A DNA stretch of 62,501 nucleotides from an uncultured Candidatus Saccharibacteria bacterium (GCA_964612745.1 CAZTCH010000002.1:99548-162048); one strand, 5' to 3'. Positions 47,990-57,671 are shown, counted from the first letter of the stretch. A program made the numbers and translations. Notes: generated from the letters alone by a model not told the origin.

Positions 47990-48503
47990 GTAAATCCTTT
48001 CTCAAAACACACACGAAAACACCGGCACGGCGTTTTGCATGCATGTTTTATATATATCCTGAACGTCAGCGAAGCATCTGTGTCTAGAGTCAGTCAAAAA
48101 GCTTCAAGATTTCTCACTCCGTCCAGCATATGATTAATTTATTGCATTATAATACATTTTTACACTTTTGTAAAGTCAAATTTTCCTAAGTTCAACAAGT
48201 AAGTGCAACACTCCTCAGGCTTAAACCCAGCATCTATCATTTCTCCTCTTTTCCAAAGAGGGTAACACCCTCCTATTCCCCTCTTTTCCAAAGAGGGGTT
48301 AGGGGAGTTCTACTGAATATACAGACTAACTGAAAAGTCAAAAATCAAAAGTCAAAACTTCAATTCAAAACTGTAAACTTCAACACATTATAGTTTTGAG
48401 TTCACAGTTGCAGTTTTGCATTTTGACTTTTGAGTTTTTAGTTACTTGTATTTGTTTGCTATTTCGTGTTTCTAATTTCGGATTTCTTGTAAGGTGGGCC
48501 GTC

Positions 48504-48600
48504 CTTGATGGGCACCATCTAACACAGTCTATAGATTAGTATGTAGCCAACTATGCATCTTTGAAAAACAGCAGGCTATTGTTAGATGGTGCCCATCAAG
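48504..48600. repeat. REPIN-like element A (21-bp inverted repeats + 55-bp core)
   Basis: CTTGATGGGCACCATCTAACA (48504-48524) pairs with TGTTAGATGGTGCCCATCAAG (48580-48600). Confidence 0.9.
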
Positions 48601-48703
48601 TCCGTACGAGCATTGCTACACCCTACCTACTACAACCTGATTCCTACCCCCTAGCTCCTAACTCCTCTCTGCTATACTATATATAAGTAAATATAAAAAC
48701 ATT

Positions 48704-49012
48704 ATGAAGTTATTTTTCACCCTTGCAGCTATTGGCGTTGTCGCAGCAGGCTTTGGCTTGTACGCGCTCAACGGGCAAAAGCCAACAAGGCAAGAAAACA
48801 CACAAGCAGTAGCCCCAACACCAACCGCTATGGTCACGCCCATAGCCAGCAACCAATCTCTGGAAGCAATCTTGGGCGCGTCTGATTCAATACTTACCAC
48901 AGAGCAAGCTGCTGCAAATACAGCAGACAGCACGAGTACCGACACAGCGCTCTCTGCTGAAGACCAAGCACTTACTAATTTAGATAAAGAAGCTGGACTC
49001 TATGCAAACTAA
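48704..49012 (+). CDS. Hypothetical small exported/anchored protein
   Basis: MKLFFTLAAIGVVAAGFGLYAL signal/anchor. 102 aa. Confidence 0.45.
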   Translation: MKLFFTLAAIGVVAAGFGLYALNGQKPTRQENTQAVAPTPTAMVTPIASNQSLEAILGASDSILTTEQAAANTADSTSTDTALSAEDQALTNLDKEAGLYAN

Positions 49013-49763
49013 AACTACAAATTTCGCACTCGTATTATTCGTTACTTTTTTGGTAGGTAGCTCTGCAACCCCTACCCTTGCAGCAGCGCCTGCCCGTAGG
49101 ACCACCCCTACCCCAACAACTACAACTTTCTGTGCAAACTTCGATACGCAAACAACGAAGCTCCAAACCAAAGCAGCAGAAAAGGAAATAGAGCTGGGCA
49201 AAACCCGTGAAGAACGCAGCGGCAAGCTCGCTAAATCTCGTGAGAACAGAGACAACAAACTGGAAGAAGCCCGAGAAAAAGGTTCAACCGCTCGTACCGA
49301 GCAGTATGCCAAGTTGTTAGGCAAAGCAACCTCAGACGCACAAAAGCAAGCAGTTGCTACTTACCAAGCAACTATTACCGCAGCAATCGCAACCCGCCAA
49401 GCAGCGGTCAATGCAGCCATTGCTTCATTCCAATCTGGAGTAGATGGGCTTTTGGCAAAGCGCAAAACAGATACAGATAGCGCTCTGAAAAAGTTTAAAG
49501 ACGCTGTCTACGCTGCAGAGGCAAAAGCCAAAGCAGACTGTGCCGCTGGTGTAGACGAAAAGACTATCCGAGAAACTCTGAGAACTGCAGTTGCAGCAGC
49601 AAGAACACAGCTGCAAGCAGACAGAAAAGCTCTAACACCTATGAGCACAGAGATTGCGACTCTTACCAAAACCCGAAGAGCAACAGTAGACAAAGCATTT
49701 GCAGATTTTAAAGCAACTGCCGAAACTGCCAAAACAACTTTGAAAGCAGCATTCCCAAAATAA
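49002..49763 (+). CDS. Hypothetical secreted Ala/Lys-rich helical protein
   Basis: Signal peptide MQTKTTNFALVLFVTFLVGSSATPTLAAAPA, a PT stretch, then a long amphipathic-helix-like region. Confidence 0.5.
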   Translation: MQTKTTNFALVLFVTFLVGSSATPTLAAAPARRTTPTPTTTTFCANFDTQTTKLQTKAAEKEIELGKTREERSGKLAKSRENRDNKLEEAREKGSTARTEQYAKLLGKATSDAQKQAVATYQATITAAIATRQAAVNAAIASFQSGVDGLLAKRKTDTDSALKKFKDAVYAAEAKAKADCAAGVDEKTIRETLRTAVAAARTQLQADRKALTPMSTEIATLTKTRRATVDKAFADFKATAETAKTTLKAAFPK

Positions 49764-50039
49764 GCACCGCACTTTGATTACAAGCATCGCTCATAGCGAT
49801 GCTTTTTGCTTCCACATTTAGATGGGCACCATCCAACTCTTCAACCTTGCCTTGTCACCACTTTGTTGTTTTAAATTCCAAATAGCAATCTTCAAATTAC
49901 AAACAAGCTCCAATATACAATATTAAAATTTAAAACCTGTTCTTGTTTGGAATTTTGTCCGCTAATTTGGTAATTGTAATTTATTTGTTATTTGATGCTT
50001 GTGATTTCGGATTTCTTGTAGTGTGGATTGTCCTTGATG

Positions 50040-50136
50040 GGCACCATCTAACAATAGCCTGCTGTTGTTTAAAGATGCATAGCTGGCTACATGCTAATCA
50101 ATAGACCATGTTAGATGGTGCCCATCAAGCCCATAC
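50040..50136. repeat. REPIN-like element B (same inverted repeats, core inverted relative to A)
   Basis: The same 21-bp repeats lie at 50040-50060 and 50116-50136. The 55-bp core is ~87% identical to the reverse complement of the core of A. Confidence 0.9.
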
Positions 50137-50287
50137 GAGCGTTGCTACTACCTACCCTTCGGCCGTGAGCTCAGGGTCGAACGACAGTCTCATCCCTACC
50201 TCCTATCTTTCTATTCTCTACTCTCTAACCTCTACCCTCTATAATACCCCCTAGCCTTCACCTCTCCTATTCTGCTATTCTATACAC

Positions 50288-51256
50288 ATGAATTACGGTT
50301 TTTGGGCGAAATTGCCCAAGCCATTTTTTGTTCTTGCCCCCATGTACGACGTCACAGACGTCGCTTTTCGACATGTCGTGAGCAGTGCTGGAGCCCCAGA
50401 TGTGTATTTTACTGAGTTCGTTTCCACAGACGGTCTCATGAGTCACGGCAAAGAGAAGCTCATGCACCACTTACAGAGAGAAGACTCCCCCACACCGGTT
50501 GTCGCCCAGCTGTTTGGAGCCAATCCAGAGAAGTATACCGGTACTGCACAACTCGTTGCAGAACTAGGGTTTCAGGGTGTAGACATTAACATGGGTTGTC
50601 CAGATAAAAATATTATTAAAGGTGGGTCATGTGCAGCACTGTTTCGCACACCAGAATTGGCACGCGATATCGTCTTAGCTGCAAAAGCAGGTGCGGGCAA
50701 CTTACCCGTGTCCGTAAAAATTCGCATTGGCGATACGAAAATAGATTGGGAACACTGGATAGCTACACTTTTGGAAGCACAGCCTGCTGCGATTTCTATT
50801 CACTTGCGCACACGAAAAGAAATGTCGAAAGTCCCCGCGCATTGGGAACTTATGCCAGAGATTGTACAGTTCATTCACAGTCACACAACAGCCGAAACTC
50901 GCCCACTCATAGTTGGCAACGGAGATGTGCTTACCACCCAAGAAGGTAGAACGAAAGTAGAGACTACAGGCTGTGACGGCGTCATGATTGGGAGAGGTAT
51001 TTTCCAAAACCCATGGGTATTTGCCAAAGACGCAGATACACCACGAAGCATCAAAGAAAAAGCAACACTACTGTTACTCCACGCTCAAAAATATGAACAA
51101 TACTTTCAAGGAGTAAAACTTCTCGAACCTCTAAAACGGTTTTATAAAATATACATCAACGGCTTCGAAGGTGCAGCAGAAATCCGCGAAGAACTGTATA
51201 AAACTCAATCCGTGGCTGAAATATCACACGTGCTCGAATCACGCAATATTTTGTAA
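50288..51256 (+). CDS. tRNA-dihydrouridine synthase
   Basis: LAPMYDVTDVAFR, GVDINMGCP, and a TIM-barrel Dus pattern. Confidence 0.9.
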   Translation: MNYGFWAKLPKPFFVLAPMYDVTDVAFRHVVSSAGAPDVYFTEFVSTDGLMSHGKEKLMHHLQREDSPTPVVAQLFGANPEKYTGTAQLVAELGFQGVDINMGCPDKNIIKGGSCAALFRTPELARDIVLAAKAGAGNLPVSVKIRIGDTKIDWEHWIATLLEAQPAAISIHLRTRKEMSKVPAHWELMPEIVQFIHSHTTAETRPLIVGNGDVLTTQEGRTKVETTGCDGVMIGRGIFQNPWVFAKDADTPRSIKEKATLLLLHAQKYEQYFQGVKLLEPLKRFYKIYINGFEGAAEIREELYKTQSVAEISHVLESRNIL

Positions 51257-51293
51257 GCACAGAACATAAGATCTACCAAGTAATCACCCCACT

Positions 51294-53072
51294 ATGCCCC
51301 GATTAGCAAAGCCAGAAGAATTAAAAACCCAGTACTCCACTCGAGAACTTATTCGCGATGCTTGGAAATATATAAAGCCCGCGAAAGGTAAGCTTTTGTT
51401 TGTGTCACTATTGGCCATATCACGAGAGCTAGTTGCGCTCTACCCTGCTTTTGCGTTTTCACAAATAGTTACCCTACTAAGCAGTGGAGACCGCGCTGCA
51501 CACTTGAGTGAACTGCAGTTTATTTTTGCACTCTATGCAGCTGCTACGCTTTGGCAGATCGCCTCTCACTATTTCTACAAAGTAGCCAGTACTAACCTCG
51601 TGCAAAAACTAGGTTTTGACATCGAAAGAAAATCCATTCAACACCTGCTTGGTGTTCACATAGCTTGGCACGAAAAGGAAAACTCCGGTAACAAGATGAA
51701 ACGGATGAACAACGGCATTGGTGGAATACAGCAAGTTGTCCAATTATGGCTCAATAGCATAATCCCAATTTTAGTTGGATCTGCTGGTGCCGTGTTCATT
51801 TTGTCGCGTATTGATCCGTTCACAGGAATAGCTTTTGCAATTTATATAGTAGTCTACTACGCCATCTCACACGCCATGGCACCTACCGCTGCGGCGGCAG
51901 TCGATAAAACCAATATTCAAGGTGAAAAAGTAAACGGTTTGGAGTTTCAAGCGGTTCACAATATCCGCACTGTGAAAGTTATGGGCATGCGTACCTCACT
52001 GCTCACTAAGCTACAAGAAGAATTCAACACCCTATACGTATACATTCAGAGGAGAACCATACTTTTTCAAAAGCGCAACACCCTCCTCGTTCTCTGGACA
52101 CAAAGTATGCGCATCACTTTACTAGCGTATATTTTATACTGGACTGTGCAAGGTAAATATGAAGTTGGCTTCTTTATTCTCTTTGCTGACTACTTTTCAA
52201 AAATTCGGGAGATCGCCACTAACCTCTCTGATCTTGGTCAAGAGTTGTTAATCTCGCGATATTCAGTCGGCAGGCTTCAAGAAATGCACTCACTACCAAT
52301 AGTAGAAAATGCAGACAATGAAAGGCAATCCCTTTCTACAGATTGGCACCAATTATCACTTGATGCTGTAAGCTTCACCTACGAAAAGGAACAAGTACTC
52401 AACAATATTTCTCTGGAAATAAAACGAGGAGAGAAAATCGGTATTGTGGGACTTTCTGGTGCAGGTAAATCAACCTTGTTTAAGTTGTTACTCAAAGAGT
52501 ACGAAAATTTTTCTGGGAGCATTCAGTTCGACAGCGCGGACATCAAACAGATTAAAACATCTGACTACTTCAAGCATGTCGCGGTAGTCTTGCAAGACAC
52601 CGAAGTGTTTAACTTTTCGGTAAAGGAAAACATTACACTGGCAAACGATGCAGAAAAAGACAATCCAGAGCTCCTTGCACGAGCGCTGCATATTTCTCAT
52701 GTAGAAGATTTCTTGCACAAACTCCCCGAAGGAGTAGACTCACTCATTGGTGAAAAGGGGGTCAAACTTTCTGGCGGAGAACGCCAACGACTGGGCATTG
52801 CCCGAGCAGTGTTCAAACAACCACAGCTCTTGCTACTGGACGAAGCAACATCACACCTCGATGTAGAGTCGGAAGAGAAAATCAAAGACTCTCTACACCA
52901 ATTCTTCGAAGACGTCACCGCCATTGTTATTGCCCACAGACTAACCACAGTAAAAGCCATGGACAGGATTTATGTGCTGGAAGATGGTACTATTAAGGAA
53001 AGCGGTACGTTCGACGAGCTTTACAAAGCCAAAGGCCGCTTCTACGAACTGTGGGAAAAGCAAAAGCTTTAG
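51294..53072 (+). CDS. ABC exporter, fused permease/ATPase
   Basis: Walker A GLSGAGKST, signature LSGGERQR, Walker B LLLLDEATS. Confidence 0.9.
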   Translation: MPRLAKPEELKTQYSTRELIRDAWKYIKPAKGKLLFVSLLAISRELVALYPAFAFSQIVTLLSSGDRAAHLSELQFIFALYAAATLWQIASHYFYKVASTNLVQKLGFDIERKSIQHLLGVHIAWHEKENSGNKMKRMNNGIGGIQQVVQLWLNSIIPILVGSAGAVFILSRIDPFTGIAFAIYIVVYYAISHAMAPTAAAAVDKTNIQGEKVNGLEFQAVHNIRTVKVMGMRTSLLTKLQEEFNTLYVYIQRRTILFQKRNTLLVLWTQSMRITLLAYILYWTVQGKYEVGFFILFADYFSKIREIATNLSDLGQELLISRYSVGRLQEMHSLPIVENADNERQSLSTDWHQLSLDAVSFTYEKEQVLNNISLEIKRGEKIGIVGLSGAGKSTLFKLLLKEYENFSGSIQFDSADIKQIKTSDYFKHVAVVLQDTEVFNFSVKENITLANDAEKDNPELLARALHISHVEDFLHKLPEGVDSLIGEKGVKLSGGERQRLGIARAVFKQPQLLLLDEATSHLDVESEEKIKDSLHQFFEDVTAIVIAHRLTTVKAMDRIYVLEDGTIKESGTFDELYKAKGRFYELWEKQKL

Positions 53073-53308
53073 ACATACAGGACAAGAGTCATCACGTCTT
53101 AAAGTCATAATGTCTTCACGCCAGAGGAAACGCGTCATCACGTCTTAAAGTCTTCACGTCAAAGAAAGCAGCAACGAGCCAGAAAATTAAAAACTGAAAA
53201 TTAAAAATTACCCCCTTTCCTATTCCCCTCTTTTCCAAAGAGGGGTTAGGGGAGTTACCCTATCCTCCACCCTCTATTCTCTATTCTCTATTCTCTAACC
53301 CCTACCCC

Positions 53309-53878
53309 ATGCCCTTCAAATCCACCCAATTCATCAAAAGCCTTGTCGACGAGGACCCAATCTTAGCAGATGGTCGCACGCAAGTCGCCTTTATTGGCCG
53401 TTCTAACGTTGGCAAGTCTAGCGTTATTAACTCCCTTGCTGGTAACGGCAAGTTGGCTTTTGCCAGCCCCACCCCTGGAAGAACACAGACGGTAAACATC
53501 TTCTTGGTCAACAAATCGTTTTACTTAGTAGACCTCCCAGGTTACGGCTTTGCCAAAGGCTCGCACGACAAACGGGATGCAATCTCTACAATCGTGCACT
53601 GGTACTTACAACGCCCCGAACAAGCAGAACAACTGGTTGTGCTTATTGTTGACGCTAAAGTAGGCCCACAAGAAAACGACCTCAAAATGGCGCAGCTCCT
53701 GCAAGTTGCCCGCCGTAGAGTAGTAGTGGTCGCAAATAAAATAGATAAGCTCAAACCCAACGAACGCCAAAAAAGCATAAGCGCCATAACCAAAACCTTC
53801 CCGAACGCAGAAGCAATCATCCCCTACTCTGCCACAGAAAAAATTGGCGTCGGCGAACTCATTAAATTTATCTCCTAA
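53309..53878 (+). CDS. engB: Ribosome biogenesis GTPase EngB/YihA
   Basis: G1 GRSNVGKSS, G3 DLPGYG, G4 NKIDK. Confidence 0.9.
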   Translation: MPFKSTQFIKSLVDEDPILADGRTQVAFIGRSNVGKSSVINSLAGNGKLAFASPTPGRTQTVNIFLVNKSFYLVDLPGYGFAKGSHDKRDAISTIVHWYLQRPEQAEQLVVLIVDAKVGPQENDLKMAQLLQVARRRVVVVANKIDKLKPNERQKSISAITKTFPNAEAIIPYSATEKIGVGELIKFIS

Positions 53879-53930
53879 CGCCCGCGTCTACAGGATCCCA
53901 AGACTGCAGTGGAGCCACCCTCCGCCCTAA

Positions 53931-54028
53931 TTCTTCTGTTTCTTCTAACTCTTCTATTCCTTCTCTCCATTCTCTATTCTCTACTCTCTACTCTCTGCTC
54001 TCTATTCTCTACTCTCTATTCTCTATTA
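53931..54028. repeat. Pyrimidine-rich degenerate heptamer array (CTCTATT/CTCTACT units)
   Basis: TTCTTCT GTTTCTT CTAACTC TTCTATT ... CTCTATT CTCTACT CTCTACT CTCTGCT CTCTATT runs directly upstream of the ATG at 54031. Its first part also occurs at 8478-8505. Confidence 0.85.
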
Positions 54029-54030
54029 AA

Positions 54031-55281
54031 ATGTTCGACATCATAGTAATTGGCGGTGGCCCAGCAGGCATGATGGCAGCAGGCAGAGCAGCAGAGCTCG
54101 GTGCCTCTGTTTTGTTGTTAGAAAAAAATGCCAAGCTGGGAAAAAAATTGCTCATTACTGGCGGTGGTAGGTGCAATATTACCAATGCCGAACCGGACGT
54201 GCGAAAAATGGTGGCAAAATACGGGCCAAAAGGCAAAGCACTTTTTGGTGCGTTTAGTCGTTTTGGCGTTGCCGAAACTTTAGAATTTTTCCACGCCCAT
54301 GGTCTGCCCACCAAAGTAGAAGCAGAAAAGCGAGCATTCCCACAGAGCAACAAAGCAGAAGACGTTTGGAAAACTTTGGTCGCCTATATGAATGCTGGAA
54401 AAGTAACTATACAACTTGGCTCTGCAGTCTCTGAAGTCTTAACACAAGAAGGCAAAATTACTGGAGTCCGTGTTGGGAAAAAGCTACTTGAAGCTAAATC
54501 GTACATTGTGGCTACCGGTGGCAAATCCCGTCCAGAGACTGGCTCCACTGGAGAGGGGTTCAATTGGATGCAGCAACTTGGGCATACCATTAGCGAATCG
54601 AACGCGGCGCTTGTACCTGTAACCACCGCCGAACAATGGCAAAAGGAATTGTCTGGACTGAGCTTTCCAGAAGCGAAGCTCACCATTTGGCAAGATGGCA
54701 AAAAAGTAGAAAGCAAAACAGGCAAACTACTCTTCACCCATTTTGGGCTCAGTGGTCCGCTCGTGCTAAACATGAGTAAAAATATTCGTGATTTATACAC
54801 ATACGCCCCTGTAGTTCTTGGGCTCGACTTGTACCCAGAGCTAGAGGCGGTTGCATTAGACAAGAAAGTGCTAGAAGTATTCAATCTCGGCAGCAACAAA
54901 AAGATTCGGAACAATCTTGGGAGCATCGTACCTCCAAAAATGATACCGGCGCTCTTACAACTGTGCGGTATTGATCCAGAAAAAGAGTGCAACGTTGTTA
55001 CAAAAACAGAGCGAACCACACTCGTAAAGCAGCTCAAAAACTTCCAGCTTACCGTGACCGGCTTTTTAGGTGTAGAGAAAGCCATTACCACTTCTGGCGG
55101 AGTAAGCTTAAAAGAAATAGACTTTAAAACTTCTCAGTCAAAACTATTCCCCAACCTCTACCTTGTGGGAGACATGTTGGATTTCGACAGACCCAGCGGT
55201 GGCTTCTCTTTGCAAATTTGTTGGACCACTGGCTATCTCGCTGGCGAGGCGGCTGCACAATCTACAGCCCACCCTTCGTAA
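54031..55281 (+). CDS. HI0933/BaiN-like FAD flavoprotein
   Basis: DIIVIGGGPAGMMAAGRAAELG...LLITGGGRCNITN. Confidence 0.85.
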   Translation: MFDIIVIGGGPAGMMAAGRAAELGASVLLLEKNAKLGKKLLITGGGRCNITNAEPDVRKMVAKYGPKGKALFGAFSRFGVAETLEFFHAHGLPTKVEAEKRAFPQSNKAEDVWKTLVAYMNAGKVTIQLGSAVSEVLTQEGKITGVRVGKKLLEAKSYIVATGGKSRPETGSTGEGFNWMQQLGHTISESNAALVPVTTAEQWQKELSGLSFPEAKLTIWQDGKKVESKTGKLLFTHFGLSGPLVLNMSKNIRDLYTYAPVVLGLDLYPELEAVALDKKVLEVFNLGSNKKIRNNLGSIVPPKMIPALLQLCGIDPEKECNVVTKTERTTLVKQLKNFQLTVTGFLGVEKAITTSGGVSLKEIDFKTSQSKLFPNLYLVGDMLDFDRPSGGFSLQICWTTGYLAGEAAAQSTAHPS

Positions 55282-55312
55282 GCAAATCTCTTGCGTTGTA
55301 CAATATACGTAT

Positions 55313-55630
55313 ATGGACATACACGTAGACGCCACAGTGGAGAAATTTATTACTTCTTTACAAGCACACTCTATTGCTAAAGTGTTACGAACTATTGACC
55401 TGCTAGAAAGATTTGGCAACCAGCTCAGTATGCCCCATAGTAAAAAATTAAATGCGCACCTTTTTGAACTTCGCATTCGCGGACAACAAGAAGTGCGCAT
55501 TCTCTATTGCTTTCACAAAGGAAAAGCACACTTATTGCTTGGTTTTATAAAAAAGACCCAGCGCACCCCGATACACGAGCTACGACTAGCCAAAGATAAA
55601 TTCAAGCGTTTGACAGAATATAACTTATAA
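55313..55630 (+). CDS. Type II toxin, Gp49/HigB (RelE/ParE superfamily)-like
   Basis: ATG at 55313. 105 aa with ...LFELRIRGQQEVRILYCF...LLLGFIKKTQRTP, typical of DUF891/Gp49. Followed 15 nt later by an XRE gene. Confidence 0.65.
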   Translation: MDIHVDATVEKFITSLQAHSIAKVLRTIDLLERFGNQLSMPHSKKLNAHLFELRIRGQQEVRILYCFHKGKAHLLLGFIKKTQRTPIHELRLAKDKFKRLTEYNL

Positions 55631-55644
55631 ATTATATTAGATTT

Positions 55645-55917
55645 ATGACAAACTACAAAACTCTTAAGGCAAAGCTACTCAAAGACAAGGTCATAAAAGC
55701 TGCCTACAAAGACTTAGGTCCCGAATTTTCTTTAGTAGAAATGATAATAGAAAAGCGGCTCAAACAAGGACTTACCCAAGAACAACTTGCAAAGAAAATT
55801 GGGAGCAAGCAACCAGTCATTTCCCGTCTCGAGCAAGGCACCTACAACCCTTCGCTCAAATTTCTGAGCAGAGTTGCAGCAGCGCTAGAAGCAAAACTCA
55901 CCGTCACCCTTTCTTAA
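55645..55917 (+). CDS. XRE-family HTH antitoxin (HigA-like)
   Basis: LTQEQLAKKIGSKQPVISRLEQG helix-turn-helix. Confidence 0.7.
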   Translation: MTNYKTLKAKLLKDKVIKAAYKDLGPEFSLVEMIIEKRLKQGLTQEQLAKKIGSKQPVISRLEQGTYNPSLKFLSRVAAALEAKLTVTLS

Positions 55918-56119
55918 TCTTTGGCTTAGCAGCCCAACAGAGCTATTGACCCAACACTAGAGTTGCGCTAAAATACGAGTACTTTCTGCGTGGCACAGCG
56001 CGCACAAAGCCAGCAAATCTACCCTGTGTAGATTTTTCTTTTTTTCGGATTTCGATATTGGAGTTTGTTATTTCTTGCTTGGTTCTTGCGCTTAGCACGA
56101 GCATATCCACGCAAAGCAT

Positions 56120-56194
56120 GGTGCCCGTAGCTCAATGGTAGAGCACCGCTCTGTGGCAGCGGCTACGCGGGTCCGATTCCCGTCGGGCACCCCA
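56120..56194 (+). tRNA. tRNA-His (anticodon GTG) with encoded G-1
   Basis: G-1 pairs with C73. Acceptor GTGCCCG/CGGGCAC, anticodon loop CTGTGGC, T arm GCGGG-TCCGATT-CCCGT, encoded CCA. Confidence 0.9.
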
Positions 56195-56196
56195 TC

Positions 56197-56228
56197 AAAA
56201 ACACACTGGTTTTAACCAGTGTGTTTTT
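56197..56228 (+). terminator. Terminator after tRNA-His
   Basis: AAAAACACACTGGTT-TTA-AACCAGTGTGTTTTT. Confidence 0.8.
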
Positions 56229-56321
56229 GTTATCTCTAGCAACTAACGAAGGAGTCCTCCGTATTCGTAGTAACAAAAGGTACCTGACACCTTTTCTTTA
56301 CTCCTAGTTACTAAAAATTAT

Positions 56322-57245
56322 TTATAAGTTTGGACGCAATTGTCCAGACTGGCGAGCCGAAAGCACTCCAAATGGAACAAGAGCTGCATCTGCATCGTTC
56401 GCTGGTACCACATCTTCAAAAGAAAAACCCCAAGAATAAAACACCTCAGGAGACGGGAAAGATACATACCCACCAGCCAAAACATATAGCACCGTACCGC
56501 CTTGATTGATTAACGTTCCCGATCGATGCTGGGAACGAGGGTCATCGATATGAGCACCTGACTGCTGCAAAAATGACACATCTCCTGTAAGCGCTCGATT
56601 AAATTTGTATCCTAAGCCCTTAAACGCACGTTCCGATGTAAACCCAACTTTCCCACCGTCGGTTATTAAATAGCATGTGTTACGATCTACACCGCGATCT
56701 GAGCATAGCACCTTTCCATCGGCTGGTGGGGTAAACTGTATTTGCATCAGTAGCAAATCTGCACTGTTTGCCTCTACCACATTTGAAAAACTATTAAATC
56801 CGTAAGATAAAAAAGCACCTGCGGAAGTGTACGCACTTCTTTGATACTGATTATTAATAAACCAAATAGTACCATCTGGTGTACGGACATTTGTCCCAGG
56901 GGCATGAGGCAGCTCCCCCACAGACAAATACACGGTTATGTTGCTATTATCTATACTGCTCACGGACATGTACGCCGTGCTATAATTTCTCGTCTGTCCG
57001 TTTGTGTAAATGGCAGTGTAAGTCCCAAAGGGGTGGTGGTATACAATATATGCCCTATCAACTTCTACCGCCTGATATTCAATATAAATAGGATAATCCC
57101 CTACTTGCACAGTTTCATGCAGCGCGATTTCAAATGACTGGTTAATAGAAACCTGTCTGCGCCCATTGAACGCTGCAAGCTCATGTACACTCGTGGCGAC
57201 ATACACAAACGCCACAACCATCAATACTGCTAAATATTTTTTCAC
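56322..57245 (-). CDS. Secreted protein with C-terminal ~55-aa repeats shared with the giant FN3 protein
   Basis: Signal peptide MKKYLAVLMVVAFVYVATS. Modules such as GTLINQGGTVLYVLAGGYVSFPSPEVFYSWGFSFEDVVPANDADAALVP. Confidence 0.6.
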   Translation of the reverse strand: MKKYLAVLMVVAFVYVATSVHELAAFNGRRQVSINQSFEIALHETVQVGDYPIYIEYQAVEVDRAYIVYHHPFGTYTAIYTNGQTRNYSTAYMSVSSIDNSNITVYLSVGELPHAPGTNVRTPDGTIWFINNQYQRSAYTSAGAFLSYGFNSFSNVVEANSADLLLMQIQFTPPADGKVLCSDRGVDRNTCYLITDGGKVGFTSERAFKGLGYKFNRALTGDVSFLQQSGAHIDDPRSQHRSGTLINQGGTVLYVLAGGYVSFPSPEVFYSWGFSFEDVVPANDADAALVPFGVLSARQSGQLRPNL

Positions 57246-57321
57246 GGATTTTCTCTCTTTAATTACCCTTATAATACCACACAGACACGAAAAGGTGTTA
57301 GATGTATTTCTTTGGATTGCA

Positions 57322-57365
57322 CTGTAGCAGAGTAATCACGGGTTCGATCCCCGTTAGGCACCCCA
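57322..57365 (+). pseudogene. 3' fragment of a tRNA-His-like gene
   Basis: CTGTAGCAG..TAATC-ACGGG-TTCGATC-CCCGT-TAGGCAC-C-CCA aligns to the anticodon-loop-to-CCA part of tRNA-His. No 5' half. Followed by a copy of the terminator (57368-57398). Confidence 0.6.
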
Positions 57366-57671
57366 TCAAAAACACACTGGTTTGAACCAGTGTGTTTTAT
57401 TATCTCTAGCAACTACCGAAGGAGTCTGCCGTATTCGTAGTTATAATAAGGTACCTGACACTTTTTCTTTACAATTTGGAGCCTTTAAGCCCACCAATAT
57501 TTTGCACCGAGTATCTTCTTGTTGAAGATTACTAAAAAATACTCTGCCGGAAAGAATACCAACCAGCACTCTGATTTTAGAGTAACGCGGGACGAACCAC
57601 CTAGTAAAGAAAAGGTGTCAGGTAAAGAAAAGGTGTCAGGTACCTTTTCTATTCAAAACAAATAGGCGCAA

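Noticed and set aside
56195-57400. Integrated genomic island or prophage remnant at tRNA-His
   Set aside because: No integrase or phage genes lie between the repeats. The repeat includes far more than a tRNA 3' end (terminator plus gene-end relic), which favours segmental duplication or recombination. It is kept as a finding but not called a mobile element.
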